Positions 36,353 through 50,112 are shown, counted from the first letter of the stretch. The stretch: 64,000 bases of DNA from Vicugna vicugna (GCA_013265495.1 MU058065.1:5368976-5432975); one strand, 5' to 3'. Translations and numbers: made by a program. The notes: generated by a model not told the origin, from the letters alone.

Positions 36353-38709
36353 GGAGTGAGCAGAAGCAGAGTTCCCTGAGATCCATGCACAATGCAGAAT
36401 CCAGCCCAGTTCTCAGCAATATAACACCCACTAGGGATAAGCTCCTTCCTTCTCAGTCCTGAACACTCCTTGGAAAAACAGAATTTTCGATTTATAATGG
36501 AGCTACCACCCTTCTGAGGCCATAATGGGATTCGGAGAATAACAGGTACACTCACCAAAAAGACAAACTTCTACACCGGACCCTGCCCACTTCCATCAGT
36601 CCACTCATCCCCCCCTCTCCACCTTTACCACCCGCCCCTCCCCAAAACCCACAGGCACTTCTTAGACTCACCCCAAGTCATGCAAGTGACCACGCTGACC
36701 TTTGCCCTGGGCTTCACCATCTCTGCACAGTCACCTTATCTCCCACCACCCCTGCTCGCCTGACCCGTCTGCACCCGTGCTTCCCCCACACTTCCTCATC
36801 CTCGCCCTCAGCCCAAGGTAGGAAGCCAGGGAAGGCAATTCAAGAAACACCAGATTATCACAGACACTTTTTCCAGCTCCAATACCTAGAACCATGTGAA
36901 GGAGATGACCCAGAGAAGTCAAAGGAATCAGGATTTCAGTGTGAACATCCCAGAATATCTCTCTGCTCTCTCCTTGAGTGAAACAGGGGCTGCCCTCTTC
37001 CAACCCATCCTGCATGGAAGGCCTTTGGGATGGTGAATGGCGGACAGACCTCCTCCAGATCCTGTACCTTTAATCCAGCCAGGAACAACCATACGCAGTG
37101 TACCTTCAGGACTGTAAATCTGAGCTGTCAACACCCCCAAATAGAGCTCATGGCAGTCATCCTGGAACCGACTCACCCTAATCCCTTTCTAATCTGCTAT
37201 TTGTCTGGTGATTGACTCTTGGTTCTATCTCCCATTTATAGCCCTGTTGGCTTGACAGATGTGCATATTCTCCTAGTCTCTCAACTCCCAGTCAAAGGCA
37301 TTGGCTTGTCCTCACTCTCCAGCTCTTGGGTCTTCTACTTTCAGTAACAAAATCCCCCAAAGCGCCTGTGAGGACCCCACCCAGCTCAGTCACTGAGGCC
37401 TTTATGGGCTGGGGTGGGCAGGGATCCACAAAGGTCAGGCTCTCTTATCCTCAGTACATGGCCCATATCAGGGACTCAGGAATGATTGTTGAGTGACTGA
37501 GTGATGCATACAGACCACTGACCTCATAGGCAATTGTTCCATCAAACCCAGACAGCTGGCCCACAGTGAGCTATTTCTGAATGAATGTGTGTAAAGTGCT
37601 GGTGAAAAGTGATACCCAGTGGAAGACTAGCCAGACTGAACTACTTAAGGAAACAAAGCATCTTTGAGAAATGAAATTAATTAACTGCTTCCAAAGGGAG
37701 CATAAAGTAGGAGATTGGGAGGGATGGGAAATTTTATATAAATTTCCAAAAGACAAGGGACTCAAAAGTAAACTAAGGGAATTTCAAGCTCTAAATTAAA
37801 AAAAAAAAAACAAAAAAACCTTCCAACATCATGGCTTAGGGGCATGCAATAGGCAGTCAGCATTAGGATTTGGTTATGTACAAAGGAAAGCTCTGGAAGA
37901 CAAAAACCAATAAATTAAATGCATAAATCGAGAGGACTGGGGCTTTTTAGAAGTTACTGCACAATATTCTCTGAGGGTGATTTTAGACTAGACCTTGACA
38001 GGGTGAGATTGTGAATATAAAAGTGAGCTTTTGTCAATCAGAAGGCACTTCTGCAGAAATAAGTTCCTAGAGAATAACCGGAGGGAATTTCAAAGATCTA
38101 GTTTACATTCTCTGTGTCTTCGGGCCCATTTCCTTGGGATTTAAGAAACCATAAGGATTTTGAGATCTTGAAACAGCCATAAAAAAACACTGCTTAGTAT
38201 GAGTCTCACGGTACTTGGTGCCCCCAGTCACGGACATTATATTTCAGTCTGTTCTCCTACCAAATTTCATTGCTCACCATCCCCCATCCCTCCAGTCCTT
38301 GCAGGGTTTGCCACCTTCCTAATGTTTTGTCTGTCTGCCTTGAATCTCGGGGGCACAACAGAGGGGAGTGGGGAAGACGTCAATGGATGAAGAAGAGGCT
38401 GTGAAACCAGGATGCTCTCGTCCCTGGAAGGAAAACATCTCTGAGAGGTCACATAAAAGTGGTCCTCCAACCAGGAAAGAGGTTTCTCCCACAAGTATCT
38501 GGGCTAAAAGAAGAGTCCATTAAAATCAGTAATTTCTATGTATCAAGCACTCTGTGAAGAACATTATATACCTGATTTTAATTCTGCCATTTTTGATCAT
38601 AAAGATAAGCTCACCTGCACTGTTTGAGCCTAACAGTTTCCCGATCCCACCATATCCAACAATTGGGCAATCAACACACCAGAACAGCTGTCGTCTCCTT
38701 AGTTGTGGC

Positions 38710-39060
38710 GTATGTGTGTTTGTGTGTGTGTTTATCTTCTCTCTGATGCTCTTGCTTTGTGGCTGTCCATGCGTGTGTGCGTGCACACGTGTGCATACCT
38801 GAACATTTGTTCTGTGTTGCTGGCTCTCTCCCTGTCTGTGTGTAATGTGTTTTCCTCTTTCTGTGTTTCTCTGTCTCCCTCTCTCTTTGTGTGACTGCCT
38901 CTGCAAATCCCCTCAGTTCTCTACATCTGTATCTTTGTCTCCGTATTTTTCTTTGTGTTTGTGTGTCTGTTCCTCTGTTTCTCTGCTTCCTCTTTCTCTC
39001 TGCCTTCCACTCTGTCTCCTTTTCTTATCCCTTTTTCCTATTCCTTTCTGTTTCTCCCTG
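38710..39060. repeat. degenerate (TG)/(TC)-rich low-complexity tract
   Basis: Direct observation; strongly pyrimidine-biased top strand in the distal half. Confidence 0.8.
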
Positions 39061-39779
39061 AATCAGATCCAAGTGAAAATGATTTCATTAAAAATAGAAA
39101 AATATCTAAAAGTATTTCCCATGCTAGTTTGAATATTAATCAAGAAATTAAACTGAATTAATGGGACTGCTTAAGAAAAATACATTTTCAACAAAAAACA
39201 ATTAGCATTGGTACAATTCTATTAAAAGTCTTACATTCGCCATGTCCTCAGAATAAAATGGCAAGGTCAAATATTCTGTCCCCCAAACCATGAGGTCACA
39301 GGCACCTGCAGCCTGCTTAGTCCCTGCCAGCAGCTCCCTGGACTGGGAGTGGCCCCAGGCACGGGGAAAGCAGACTTCTTGGAGGACAAAAGGTCATTGC
39401 AGAATACCAAGCATCGAGAATCAACCCCACCATGCCCCTTTCTGACCGGCCTCGGGAGACTGCAAGCCCCAACACTGGGGCTCCGCCAAAAGCAACGCTC
39501 AGAGCTCTTGATGGTAGTGCCCAGGCAAGGACAGCAACCCTGTAGGCAGTTGGTTGCATCCAGTCTTCCTTCTTGTGTTGGAAGCCAACAAAGAAAGAGA
39601 ATCAGTCTTGAGGACACTTGGACCTCCCACCTTTGCTCCCTGTTTCTTCAGGTTCCCCTCTCCCAGCAACTCAGTTGCACACTTGCTCACACACACGCAC
39701 ACACATGCACTCAGACACACACATACCCTGGACTCGGTTTCTTCTCACCTTTCTGTCTTTCCGTGGTGGGGAACAACTG

Positions 39780-39990
39780 TGAACACGTATTAAAAGCTAA
39801 TTCTGTGCCAGGCACTATTTTGAACACTTTCCACAGTTTATTTCATTTACTTCTCATAACATCTTATGAGAAAGCTAATATTATACCTAATGTCCCAGAT
39901 GAAGAAACTGAAACACAGACAAGCAACTGACCAAATCAGCAAGGGGAAAAGCCAAGATTGAAACTCCCCATAAACCACCACCCTATACTG
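39780..39990 (-). mobile_element. MIR SINE
   Basis: 'ctgtgccaggcactattttgaacactt...cagatgaagaaactgaaacacaga'. Confidence 0.75.
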
Positions 39991-41309
39991 CCTGAACCTG
40001 AGTGTTGATCATCAGATATTAGTCAGGAAAGCTACCCGTCCTCTTCATTCTCTGATGAGCTCCCAGAACCCAATATATAACTAGCTTCTCCTGAGATCAA
40101 ACAGTTTTAGTATGCTGAGCAGCACAGAAAAGTTGGGGTCATTTTGAAGGGGGAATAACTTCTTTGAGTATTGGGGGGGAAAAAATCACATTTCCCCTGA
40201 TTTTTTATTTAGAGAATAATCAAGAAAATGTTTCTCCGTTCTCTCCCGCGGAATACAATTTATCTTTATCAAACCAGAAAAGAATGTAGCTCCAGCTGGA
40301 AGTTTCTCACAAAGCCTTGGGAGATGAAAGGTACAGTAATAGATACACAAAGCACTTGCTTTTTATCTGTGAAGAGCTGGTTTCATATGATCCTTTCATA
40401 AAAGTGAAAAATAAGACATTGTGTTTATGTGGAGCATACATTTGTCTGCGTCACAAAAAAAAAAAAAAAGACTATGACCGTCTACAGGGACAGCCTAAAT
40501 CCTCACAGTCTGCTTTTGGTCTGGCCCAGGTTCTCCATAATAGCAGAAAACCTGCCTTTGAAGCATCTGAAGTATAAACCAAGTGGCCAATTTAGGCTCA
40601 AAGCAACTGCATTTGTTATCTGTCCTAAGCAGGAACCCAATCCATACTTTTTACTCAGCTAAAGAAAGGGAACACTGAAAATTTAGTAAACAGGACAATT
40701 GATGGTACCTGGCTTTATGTCAAGCAAAAGCCAGCCTCTGCGCTGAAGAGTCCTGACCTTGAAAAGCTAGTTAAAATGGATGATGCGTGGGCTGCCGGCT
40801 AGAGAACCAGCCGGGAAGTAGGTCACCGAAGTTAAAGGCTGGCTTCTGTCACTCCCAGCCAGAGCCTGTGCAACTCAGAAGGGGAAAAAAATGTTCTCAG
40901 ACAGAATCCGACACTGTGTGTGGGACCAGGCAGCCTGCTGTATTGACAAAACCATCACCACCAAGTGAAATCGTAGGGGGGAAGCTGTCAGCCCCTGCCA
41001 CATCTGGGAGGCTATTTTCTGCTCGTTTAACTAATTAGGGGGTGTCTTGTTTGGGGTGGGGTTTTTTTCCCCAACCACAGAAACAAATTTTGTCGCCGTC
41101 CACTCTTCCCCGGACCTCACTGCACTGTTGCCTGTAACAGGCTGCCCGCCTGCAAGCACTTAATGGCCCTGGCTGGGCTGGCGGTCAAGAGAGGCCAATG
41201 AGAAAGACCAGATCTCAAAGGAACTTTGGGTGGTGAGGAAGAAGCTCCCTGTGATGGAAGTCACACTCCAGACCTTTCCCCATCCACCCACAGGCCTCCC
41301 CTGTCTGAA

Positions 41310-42015
41310 GAGGCACTAGAACGCATTGGTCAAGGGCACAGACTGCCTGGCTTTTCATCCTCTGGGCTCACGTATTAGCTGTGTGACCTTGGACGCATGT
41401 CCTACCCTTTCAGTTTCTCCATGTCCTCATCTGCAAGAGGGGGGTAACAACTGTACATGCTTCACGGGGTGGTTGTGCCGTGCCCCCATCAGAACCCCGG
41501 GAGGAAACAGTGCCCTCAAACTGGGATAATCCAAGGAGGTTTAATAAAAGATCGACCTACACAGGAGTGTGGAAAATGTAGCAAAATCACAAGATGGGGG
41601 TACAGTGCCCCAAGGGCTAGCAACAGTGGATGCCTGGAGGGCCACCAGGACAAACATGGCCAACTACACCCAAAAAAAGGGAGATCTCTGTGAATAGAGT
41701 GCCTGATAGGGGTCAGGATCTTCCACGCAGGGATGCAGCCAGGCAGTCGCATCCCCACGGCGAGCAACTGTGTGACTAACTGCGCTGACCTCACTCTCCT
41801 CCCTCCACTCTCCTCCCTCCACTCTCCCCACTGGCTGATCCCAAAAGAAACCAGCAGCCAAAGGAGCCACTTAATACATTCCACACGGTACACTGAGCAG
41901 GGTGGAGAAGAGAGGAGAGCGAATCTGCACGGGCAAGTGGAAACTATGGAGCATTAAGAATTCGGGGAGGCCACAGAGCCTGGAACACATGTTCGATATA
42001 TGTTAACAGCTTACT
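41310..42015. mobile_element. MIR (+) interrupted by an LTR33-like ERVL LTR (-, about 41480-41953)
   Basis: MIR core 'ctgtgtgaccttggac...cctcatctgcaa...ttcacggggtggttgtg' stops near 41478; 'ggaaacagtgccctcaaactgggataatccaaggaggtttaataaaag' is LTR33-like; the MIR 3' end resumes 'cagagcctggaacacat' near 41975. Confidence 0.65.
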
Positions 42016-43519
42016 ACGTGTTACTGGTTATATTTGTTTTGGACAAAACACGAATCGTGTGACTTGGAAACATGGTACAGATCACAGGTGCCCTGTAAAC
42101 AAGGTTAGATGCCTGAGGAAGCTGTCCACTCCTTTCTCATCTTGTCCCAAGGACTCTCCCAGGTTCCTACTGGTCACACAGCTTCACATCCATTTTGTCC
42201 TAAGAGGAAGCAAAATCCTCAAATCTGGGGAAGCTGGCCTGAGCTTCTCCAGTGCTCCACAGCCGTTGATGACCCCATCCATTCTCCGCAGCCACCCAAC
42301 CAGTTTCAAAAAAAATCTTTCCAAAAAGATACTCTCAATAACACTTTATACACACATCCAGCCCATAGGAATAGCTACAGTCAGGGAGTGTGAGCTCAAG
42401 AAGGGCCAGCCTCCCCACGCTGGCCTCTGAGCCTGCACGCCAAGGTCTCTGGAGATCACCGAAGGCCCCTGACCTGCAGCATCCCTCAGTTGTCCCTCAC
42501 TGTGGTCTCTGTCCCCCTCCTGGGTCTCCCTCTCCTGTGTGCTGAACCAGAGGTCCTCAGCATGTCAGTTACTACCTACAAGGAGATTTCAGAGCCTAGG
42601 CAACAGAGATGGAGCCTTCCCATTGCAGAGCACACCACTGATGCTGAAGCCCTTTCACACACATTGTAGTATTCCATCCCCACAACAAGCTTGCGCTTCC
42701 CCAAGTTTACACCAAAGTGAGCAGCATAGTCAGGCCTGGAACTTTTTTTTTTTTTTTTAGTCCAAGACCACAATTCCCACACCAACAGCTACCCAGAGAC
42801 CACAAGCTAGAGACCAGTAGATTTCGTTGGGTAGTCCTAAATGATTTTTTTAATTATTGTTATTTTTATTCATTGCCAACCTCTTGTTTTCTTCTTAACA
42901 CTATCTAAAATCTTTGTCTCTATTGGCTTGTGTGAGGTCCGCTTCATCACCTAGAAAACTGGGCCACCTCCCCAAGAGGAAGTCATGCTTTTGTCTCCCG
43001 TGTGGCGGTCTCCCTGATGCCCAGCCCAATGTCCAGCACTCAAAATGCACGCAGGACTTACCTGCTGAAATAAAGAATGAATCTCTCAGTCCATTCTTTT
43101 AGGTCATTTACACTAACTAGGTTTCAAGGCTCCCAACACCAAAAATAACCAAGTTTTGACTCAGCAGCTGGCGAATGTCCAGGTTTATTTTCAGCATCTA
43201 AGGTTAGGGAGGAAAGGGGGACAGATCTAGATGAAACAAACTGCCTGCTGGTGCATCTCGGCTCAGCCAACGCAAAAGACCCACGTGAAACGAATATTGA
43301 CGAAGGCTGGCTCTACTTCTCATTTTCCCAGAAGTCTCAAGCCTGAACAGCCTACGGTTTCTAGAGTTTATAATTCTTTCCCACGAGACTGTAAGCTCTT
43401 TAGGGAACAAGGACTCCGCCTTACTCATCTTTGTGTCCCTAGGAATTAAAAGTATGCCTGGATCAGGCACAACCCCACATAATGGTTTAAGGAATGTTTG
43501 CGACTGATGAGCACCCGTG

Positions 43520-43905
43520 TAGAATCGCAGAATTTTACAACTAGAAGGGATTTCTGCGACCAACTAAAACTGCTCCATCTAATACGTTAGCCCCTAGCAG
43601 TGTGTGGCAATTTAAATTAGTTGCAATTAAATCTATTTAGAATGTGGATTCCTCAGTCCCGCTAGCACCACCTCTAGGGCTCCACAGCACACGTGGTTTT
43701 CGCAAAGACTCTACTGGATACAGAATATTTCCATCATCACAGAACATTCTTTTGGACAGCACTAGAAAGGGTCTTGTTTTACAGCGAGAGAATGGAGTCT
43801 CAGGGAAAGAAAGTAATTTCCCCCGAGTCACTCAGTGAGTGAGAAACAGAAACAGGACCAAGAACCTAAATCTCCTGGCTTCTGCTCCATGTTTTCCAAC
43901 CATTA
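43520..43905. mobile_element. MIR (-) interrupted by a MER3/MER33-like hAT MITE (about 43570-43762)
   Basis: 'ttcctcagtcccgctagcacca...agaatatttccatcatcacagaacattcttttggacagcact' (MER3/33-like) inside 'agaattttacaactagaaggg...ttttacagcgagagaatggagtctcagg' (MIR). Confidence 0.7.
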
Positions 43906-44715
43906 CACCAGATTCACACACTGTGATAGCCTCACACACAAGAGCTGCAAAACGTCCTCCTCTTTCAAGCCAGCATGGCTTTGGAGAGCTGGGAAGAAAT
44001 CCTAGATGCACATCACAGAGAATAAATGCTAGACCCAGCAAGCAGATGATGGGAAACCATAGCTTCCCCCGGAAAGCTGGAGGCCAAGAGATCTGAAGTA
44101 TGCCCTAGATGTGGGGTGCCTTTTGTTTTAAAGCTTTTCAAAACTGTTTTCATTTCAATGTTGGAGGTTAATACCCAAGATGGACACTCTTTTTGAAGAG
44201 GTCCTTTTGATTTTAATTTCTTAAAGTCCTCATTTGAACTCAGCTTTTTGTTTATATTATCCCCATCCCACAATTTTTCTTTCTTTCCAGGTAACCTGAT
44301 CCTTGAAAATGTACAGAATCCACCCCTGCCCACTGCTTTTAATTAAACATCAACTCGTCCTTTCAACTGGGTCTTTAAGGATTTTACATTGCCTTTTCTA
44401 AATGTATGCATTTTTTTGGCCTAAAATTACATAAAATTAAGTTCTCAAAAATGTACTTCTTTTCTTAATCTTTAAATAGCTAGGAATGAATTTTGGCAAA
44501 ATCTCAAGAAGACCTATAAAAGGGAAGAAGTCAGCTCTACCCATTTCTTTCCCAACTAGGAGCAGGGCACACTCTATAGGGCAGGACCTGCATGTACAGA
44601 CGGACCTTAGGGCATGTATCACCCAACTGAGGTGGACAAACCCCAGATGGGGGGCAGATTCTATGTCTAAAAGAAGTCCACACACCCAGCCACAGAAAGA
44701 GTGCCTCTGCACCTT

Positions 44716-44985
44716 TTTTTTTAATTTAATTTTTTTAATTGAAGTATAGTCAGTTTACAATGTTGTGTCAATTTCTAGTGTACAGCATAATGTTTCAGTC
44801 ATACACATACATACAGAGTCCTTCTCTTATTCTTTTTCATTACAGGTAACTACAAGATATTAAATAGGGTTCCCTGTACTACATAGTAAAAACTTGTTGT
44901 TTATCTATTTTCTATATAGTAGTTAGTATCTGCAAATTTATCCCTTCCCACCCCCTTTCCTACCTGGTAACCATAAGTGTTTTTT
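44716..44985 (-). mobile_element. 5'-truncated L1 3' end
   Basis: 'ttttttaattgaagtatagtcagtttacaatgttgtgtcaatttc...ggtaaccataag'; TSD tgcacctt at 44708-44715 and 44986-44993. Confidence 0.88.
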
Positions 44986-45739
44986 TGCACCTTAATTTTT
45001 ACTAAAGCAACACCAGGAGAAGCAGGAGGCAAAGCAACAAACATTTGCTACAGAAGGCGTGGGCTTCTGCCATAAGCAGACACAGCAACACATGAGGGCA
45101 ACCTAGGCCCCAGGAACCCAGAAGCCAGGATGGTCAACCAGGGGCCTGGAGGCTAGTGGGGAGCTGGAAGGTGGAGGGGAGGGATGAATTCCAGTTCTCA
45201 AGGTCTCAAGCTTCCAAAGATCCAATTAGGGCCTCGAAAACTTCAGAATCTGCAGAGGAGACCTTCCTGATGGACAAGGGAAGTAGGGAGAGAGATTATT
45301 TAGGAAAATTCCACTGATGAATCATATTTTTTCTTGGTACGTCTCCTAGGGTTTCTGAAGATTTCATTATCCTCATAAGTGAAATTCTTAAAATTACTGA
45401 AAGAAGGTGCTTATTGAAACCTACAGCTCTCCATCCCTGGCAGGCTTTGATTTGAAACATTCAAAACATTCAGAACACATCCAACAGCCTCTTCTTTCCT
45501 GAAGACAGGGGCTTTAATGTTTAAGAAAAAAAAAAAAAGAAAGAAAGAATAAAAAGGGAAAACAGGTTCCCTTACACCAGTCAGCTCCCTCCTCTTAAAG
45601 AAAAATGTTACCTAAAAATTAAGGTATTTGAGGCAAAGAATAGTAGCAACCTTTAAAATCTGAGTCCTGCTCTTTGTTCCTAATGAACAAAGAAACACAA
45701 TTCCCACAGCACGGAACCATGTGTGCACACAATTCCAGA

Positions 45740-45885
45740 ACAAGAACTGGAGTTATAATCGAGGTCAACCTCTTTATACTACAAATGAGGAAACTGAGGC
45801 CCAGAGAGGTTAAAGAATTTTAACAGCTAGCAGGTGGCCTGAACTGACACTCAGGCCAGATGTCCAGAGTCCTGATCTTTTTGGC
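45740..45885 (-). mobile_element. MIR SINE
   Basis: 'tacaaatgaggaaactgaggcccagagaggttaa'. Confidence 0.8.
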
Positions 45886-46559
45886 ACAAAAGAAAAAAAA
45901 AAAGCATTCTGTTACTTAGAGTAGGGAGAGGGCTACTTAAAGGTGGGGAAATAACACAAGCCCTCCCAGTTCAGCTGTGGACATGCACAACCAGGGCCGG
46001 CTCTGGACAAAAATACAAACTAATTGAAGAAGCAGGGCATAGAATTATACTGGGAAGAGCACCAATCCTTTATATTATGTAACTGATGGAAATAAAAGTG
46101 CCTGCCACCTGACAGAGTATGAAAAGGCAGCCCTGCATGTGAAAGCACTCTGAAACTGTATGTCTTTGTCAAAACATCACGAGTGATCACGATTCATATG
46201 GGTTTTGCACAAGGGTTAGAAGCCAGCAGCCTCTCCCAAGGAGATCCCCTTGTGCCTCTGTGATGGTGGCATCTAGAAGCAGTGTGCCTGCGCCTCGCAA
46301 CCTTGTTCATCCATTAGGAGCAACTATGGTGGGGATCAGGCTGGGATTGACCACGAGAAGTTCGATCACCTACTTTCAGCCTCACTCCTCCCTGGAGTCA
46401 GGAAGGATCAAAAACCACGCTGCTCAGCCCGAAGCCTTTCTTACTGGCTTCATCTTTTTTGATTTGCCTTCAGTCGGAGCAAGTGTTTGTGTTTTAATGT
46501 TTCTGTGTACCCCCGTTTGGATGCATCTTGCTTCCCACACCCACTCGAGGTTCACCTTC

Positions 46560-47146
46560 AGGGGACTGCCCTCAGGACCCTGGAGTACCCCCAGCACACA
46601 GACAGCCAGGAGTGCCTGGGAAGCTCCTTCTCCCGACGAACCAATGGCGGCTGCGAAGGTAAGCCCAGCTCCCTTGGACAATTCCCAGGGCAACAAACAC
46701 TCCAGAATGCCCCTACCAATCAGAGTGAAGCTGCTTCTGGGGGTCTCTTGCCTGAAACTGTACCCTTCCTTGCCTTCATCCCCTTCCGTGACCTGGGAGC
46801 ATTTCATTAATAAGTTTCTTTTTTTTAACATTTTTTATTGATTTATAATCATTTTACAATGTTGTGTCAAATTCCAGTGTTCAGCACAATTTTTCAGTCA
46901 TTCATGGACATATACACACTCATTGTCACATTTTTTTCCTCTGTGAGTTATCATAACATTTTGTGTATATTTCCCTGTGCTATACAGTGTAATCTTGTTT
47001 ATCTATTCTACAATTTTGAAATCCCAGTCTATCCCTTCCTACCCTCCACCACACAGACAGAGAATACAGACTTGTGGTTACCTTAATAAGTTTCTTACAG
47101 GCAAATCATTCTTTGAGCATCTGATCCTAAGAACCAGACCTAGAAC
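46560..47146 (+). mobile_element. LTR16-like ERVL LTR, interrupted by L1
   Basis: 'gacagccaggagtgcctggga...cctgggagcatttcattaataa[L1]...catctgatcctaagaaccagacctagaac' resembles the LTR16 3' end. Confidence 0.65.
46821..47082 (-). mobile_element. young L1 3' end (camelid type) with 5' inversion
   Basis: Perfect 14-bp TSD ttaataagtttctt (46807-46820 and 47083-47096); antisense 3' UTR 46821-47050, then a sense-orientation segment 47051-47082. Confidence 0.9.
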
Positions 47147-47999
47147 TTCTGTCTCCCTTATCAGCAGCTAATGCGGCAAGAGAGGCCTAGGGTTGCCTTT
47201 TGTTTGAGAGGAGGACCTAAGAGGGCAGCTCCTCTCCAGAATCCTGAACACACACTTTGTCTCTTGAGTCTCCTTGGAGGGCTTTTCCATCCAGGCTTAT
47301 TAGAAAAGTGCTATACTTGATTATTAATGTCTGTCATGGGGTAGGAAGGAGCCAGGGAGGCTGCGTCGGCCCATACTGAAGGATTTCCCATCCCTATCTC
47401 AGAGGAGAGGGCCCAAGGAGAGGTGGCTTGTTTTTATTGTAGGCCTTTAGCTGGCCACTAGCTTAGTCCAAAGGAGTCCAGATGGGTTTATGCAATCCAG
47501 CTCCCTGGGACCACCCAGATGTATTGCCCAGCTAGTAAGAGAGTACACACGACCTGGAGTGTTCCCTCTGCAGATGCCCCTTAGAAACTGTGGCAGCAGT
47601 GGCAGCTGATGGAGGACACAGTGTGGGGAGTCACTGGGCCCATCTTACCCTGACTAATAAGTGTGGGATTAGGGGGCTGGAACGCAAAGAAGGCCATCCA
47701 CAGAAGAGCTATTTTGCTACAGGCAAACTGACACCATCAGCTCCACCTGAAATTGGGCAAACCTGAAAGTGCACATATGCTGTACAAACACAGAGGCTGG
47801 TGGCAGGCTTGGGGCGTGTTTGAACATCAAGCCTTGAGGCAGATGGCAAAGCTGATATCGGAAAATGCTGAAGAGCATAATTCACAAAGTAAACTGGCAT
47901 CAGGAGTCTAGAAACAGAGGCCAAGATGTGGAAGTAGACCCCTGGGACATTACCATGATGGCCCTGGAGGCTTTCCCTCTGGAGTCTTTTTTCGCCCTC

Positions 48000-48680
48000 C
48001 TTCAGTTTTATTGAGGTATAACAGACATACAATCAAGTACACCAACCTTAAGGGAATAAATGAATTTCACATACAGGACATTCCCATCACCCCAGAAAGC
48101 TTCCACATGCCCTTCCTAGTCCATCTCCCTTCCCCAAAAGTAACCGCAGTTCTGACTTCCATCGCCATAGGCTAGCATTGCTGCTCTTGAACTTCACATG
48201 AATGGAATCCTACGTATGGACTCCTGTGTCTGTACTCTCCTGCTGCCCGTGACACTGGTGAGACCCATCCATGTTGTTGCATATACGTAGTCTGTTCTTT
48301 TTGGCTACTGTGCACTAGTCCACTGTCAGAGCATATTCAATTTCCTTATCCATTTGGGGTGGTTTCTAATATTTTCTGTTATGAATGAAGCTGCTATGAG
48401 CATTCTTATACATGGGTTTTGGTAGACATGTGTGCTCACTTTAGAAAGATCTGGGAGTGGAATGACTGGGTCATAGGAGACATATAAGTTTACCTCCAGA
48501 AGATTTGTCAAGTGATTTTCTGAAGTGATTGTTCCAATTTACACTCCAATTAGCAATGTATGAAAGTTCTACTTGACTCATGTCCTTGTCAACTCTTGGT
48601 ATTATCAGTCATGTTAATTTTAGCCATCTTGGCGGGTAAATAGAAGTATCTCATCATAGTTTTAATTTGTATTTCTCACC
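48000..48680 (-). mobile_element. older L1 (L1MB/MC-like) 3' region
   Basis: 'ttttattgaggtataacagacatacaa...catcaccccagaaagcttcc...gctgctatgagcattcttatacatg...ttttagccatcttgg...tttaatttgtatttctc'; ORF 48326-48511 'YDPVIPL...THVYQNPCIRMLIAASF' resembles the L1 ORF2 C-terminus. Confidence 0.88.
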
Positions 48681-49469
48681 TGGGACTGTTTTCCATCTAG
48701 GACTGATCTAGATGCCCAAAAGGTGGTCATCTCTCCATGGCATCCTGAAGGTTCCACTTTGCTCCTGATACATAGAGAGTTACTCTGATCACACGGGCTA
48801 CCCTCTGGGCATTTAGACATACAGAGGGCCCCGGTATGAGAGACAGATAAGGACTGCAATAAGCAGATATTTGCCATGGAACCTTAAGAGAACTGATGGC
48901 CACAGGACTCTTAATACATCACAGACTCAGCAGACATTCCTGTGAGAGGCAACTTCCAGATGTTTCTCCAGATCAAACTCTAGCCAAGTGCTCATTTCAC
49001 CCGAAATACCAACTGAGCCTGAAGAAGGGAGGCTGTGAAGATGGGATGAAATGAAAATAATGTTCAGAGCATACAGTATGTAGCTCTATGTGAGTCAAAT
49101 ATAAAAGCCAGAATGCAAACCTTCAGGTGATAATGCTCTCCAGCCGTCACATATGACTGTCTCCGCCCCAGAGGCCGCTGGGGCGCGGGGTAACCAGCAG
49201 GCGGCAGGGTTCAGCGAGAAGGCTATGGTTTTCCTCTTCCCTTTAATCTGGGAGCATGAGTTCACTGAGTCCACAGAGACCCATAAAATATAAAAGTCTG
49301 TTGTTTTTTTTAACTGGTTGTCCATTTTTATTCAATTCAACGAGGCACAGATTCTTCTGTTTGGTCTTTAGCTTCAGAATCCGATGGCAGGAAGATGTCA
49401 GTCCACAGCATCTGCCGCCAACACAGGCAAAGACAGGGAGGCAGCTGTGGCTGTCCTGAGACCGTCTGG

Positions 49470-49655
49470 GCTGGTAAAGCGAGTATCTGAGTATCTGACT
49501 CTGAATCAGCTGGACCTGATGCCCAATTGCCACTTATCTTATGACCTTAGGCAAGTAACTTCCTCTCTGTGAGCCTCAATTTTCCCACCTGTACACAAGC
49601 AGACTGGTCTAAGATCACCCTTAAGGTCTCTTTCAAGGTCTAAAGTTCTCTGAGC
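49470..49655 (+). mobile_element. MIR SINE
   Basis: 'atgaccttaggcaagtaacttcctctctgtgagcctcaattttcccacctgta'. Confidence 0.8.
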
Positions 49656-50112
49656 CCAGGATTCCAGGTGAGGCCTCTCCAAGCTAAACATTGACAAGAG
49701 TGAGTCACTGCGCCAAGACACAAATGAATCCATTCCCAGGTGGAGCAGTTAGGGCCAGGCCACTCCTGCTACACGTCCAGGATAACAGAAAGTGCGACCC
49801 AGATTCTGTGCTGTCTAATTGAGTATTGAGACACAATGAGGGCTCGCTGTGGCATAGTAACACACGCCTGGCTGATTTACTAAGCATCCTCCTTAGAGGT
49901 GCATTGTTCCGTAACGCCTCGTAGTGTAGGCAGCGCTCCATGAGAAACGCCGGTGGTGCAAGCAGTTGTGTTAGGCTCCTGTTACATCCCCCAACTCCCC
50001 ACGTCCCCATCCCTCCCCTGCCACCTTCGCATCCTTTCCCATCCTGCGCAGAAGCTGGGCTGCCCCTGTCTTTATCACACCTCTCTGCACAGCCAGTTCT
50101 GCACAGTCTGTG

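Noticed and set aside
39349..39930. 193-aa ORF
   Set aside because: Runs through a CA repeat and a MIR; no homology recognised.
43660..43682. CTCF-like sequence
   Set aside because: Several core mismatches; explained as a diverged MER3/33 segment.
46260..46841. 193-aa ORF with an overlapping antisense ORF
   Set aside because: Largely LTR-derived and ends in an L1 poly(T); non-ATG start; no domain.
1912..48680. L1 orientation bias (about 6 of 8 on minus) as evidence for a plus-strand host gene
   Set aside because: Numbers too small, and LTRs occur in both orientations.
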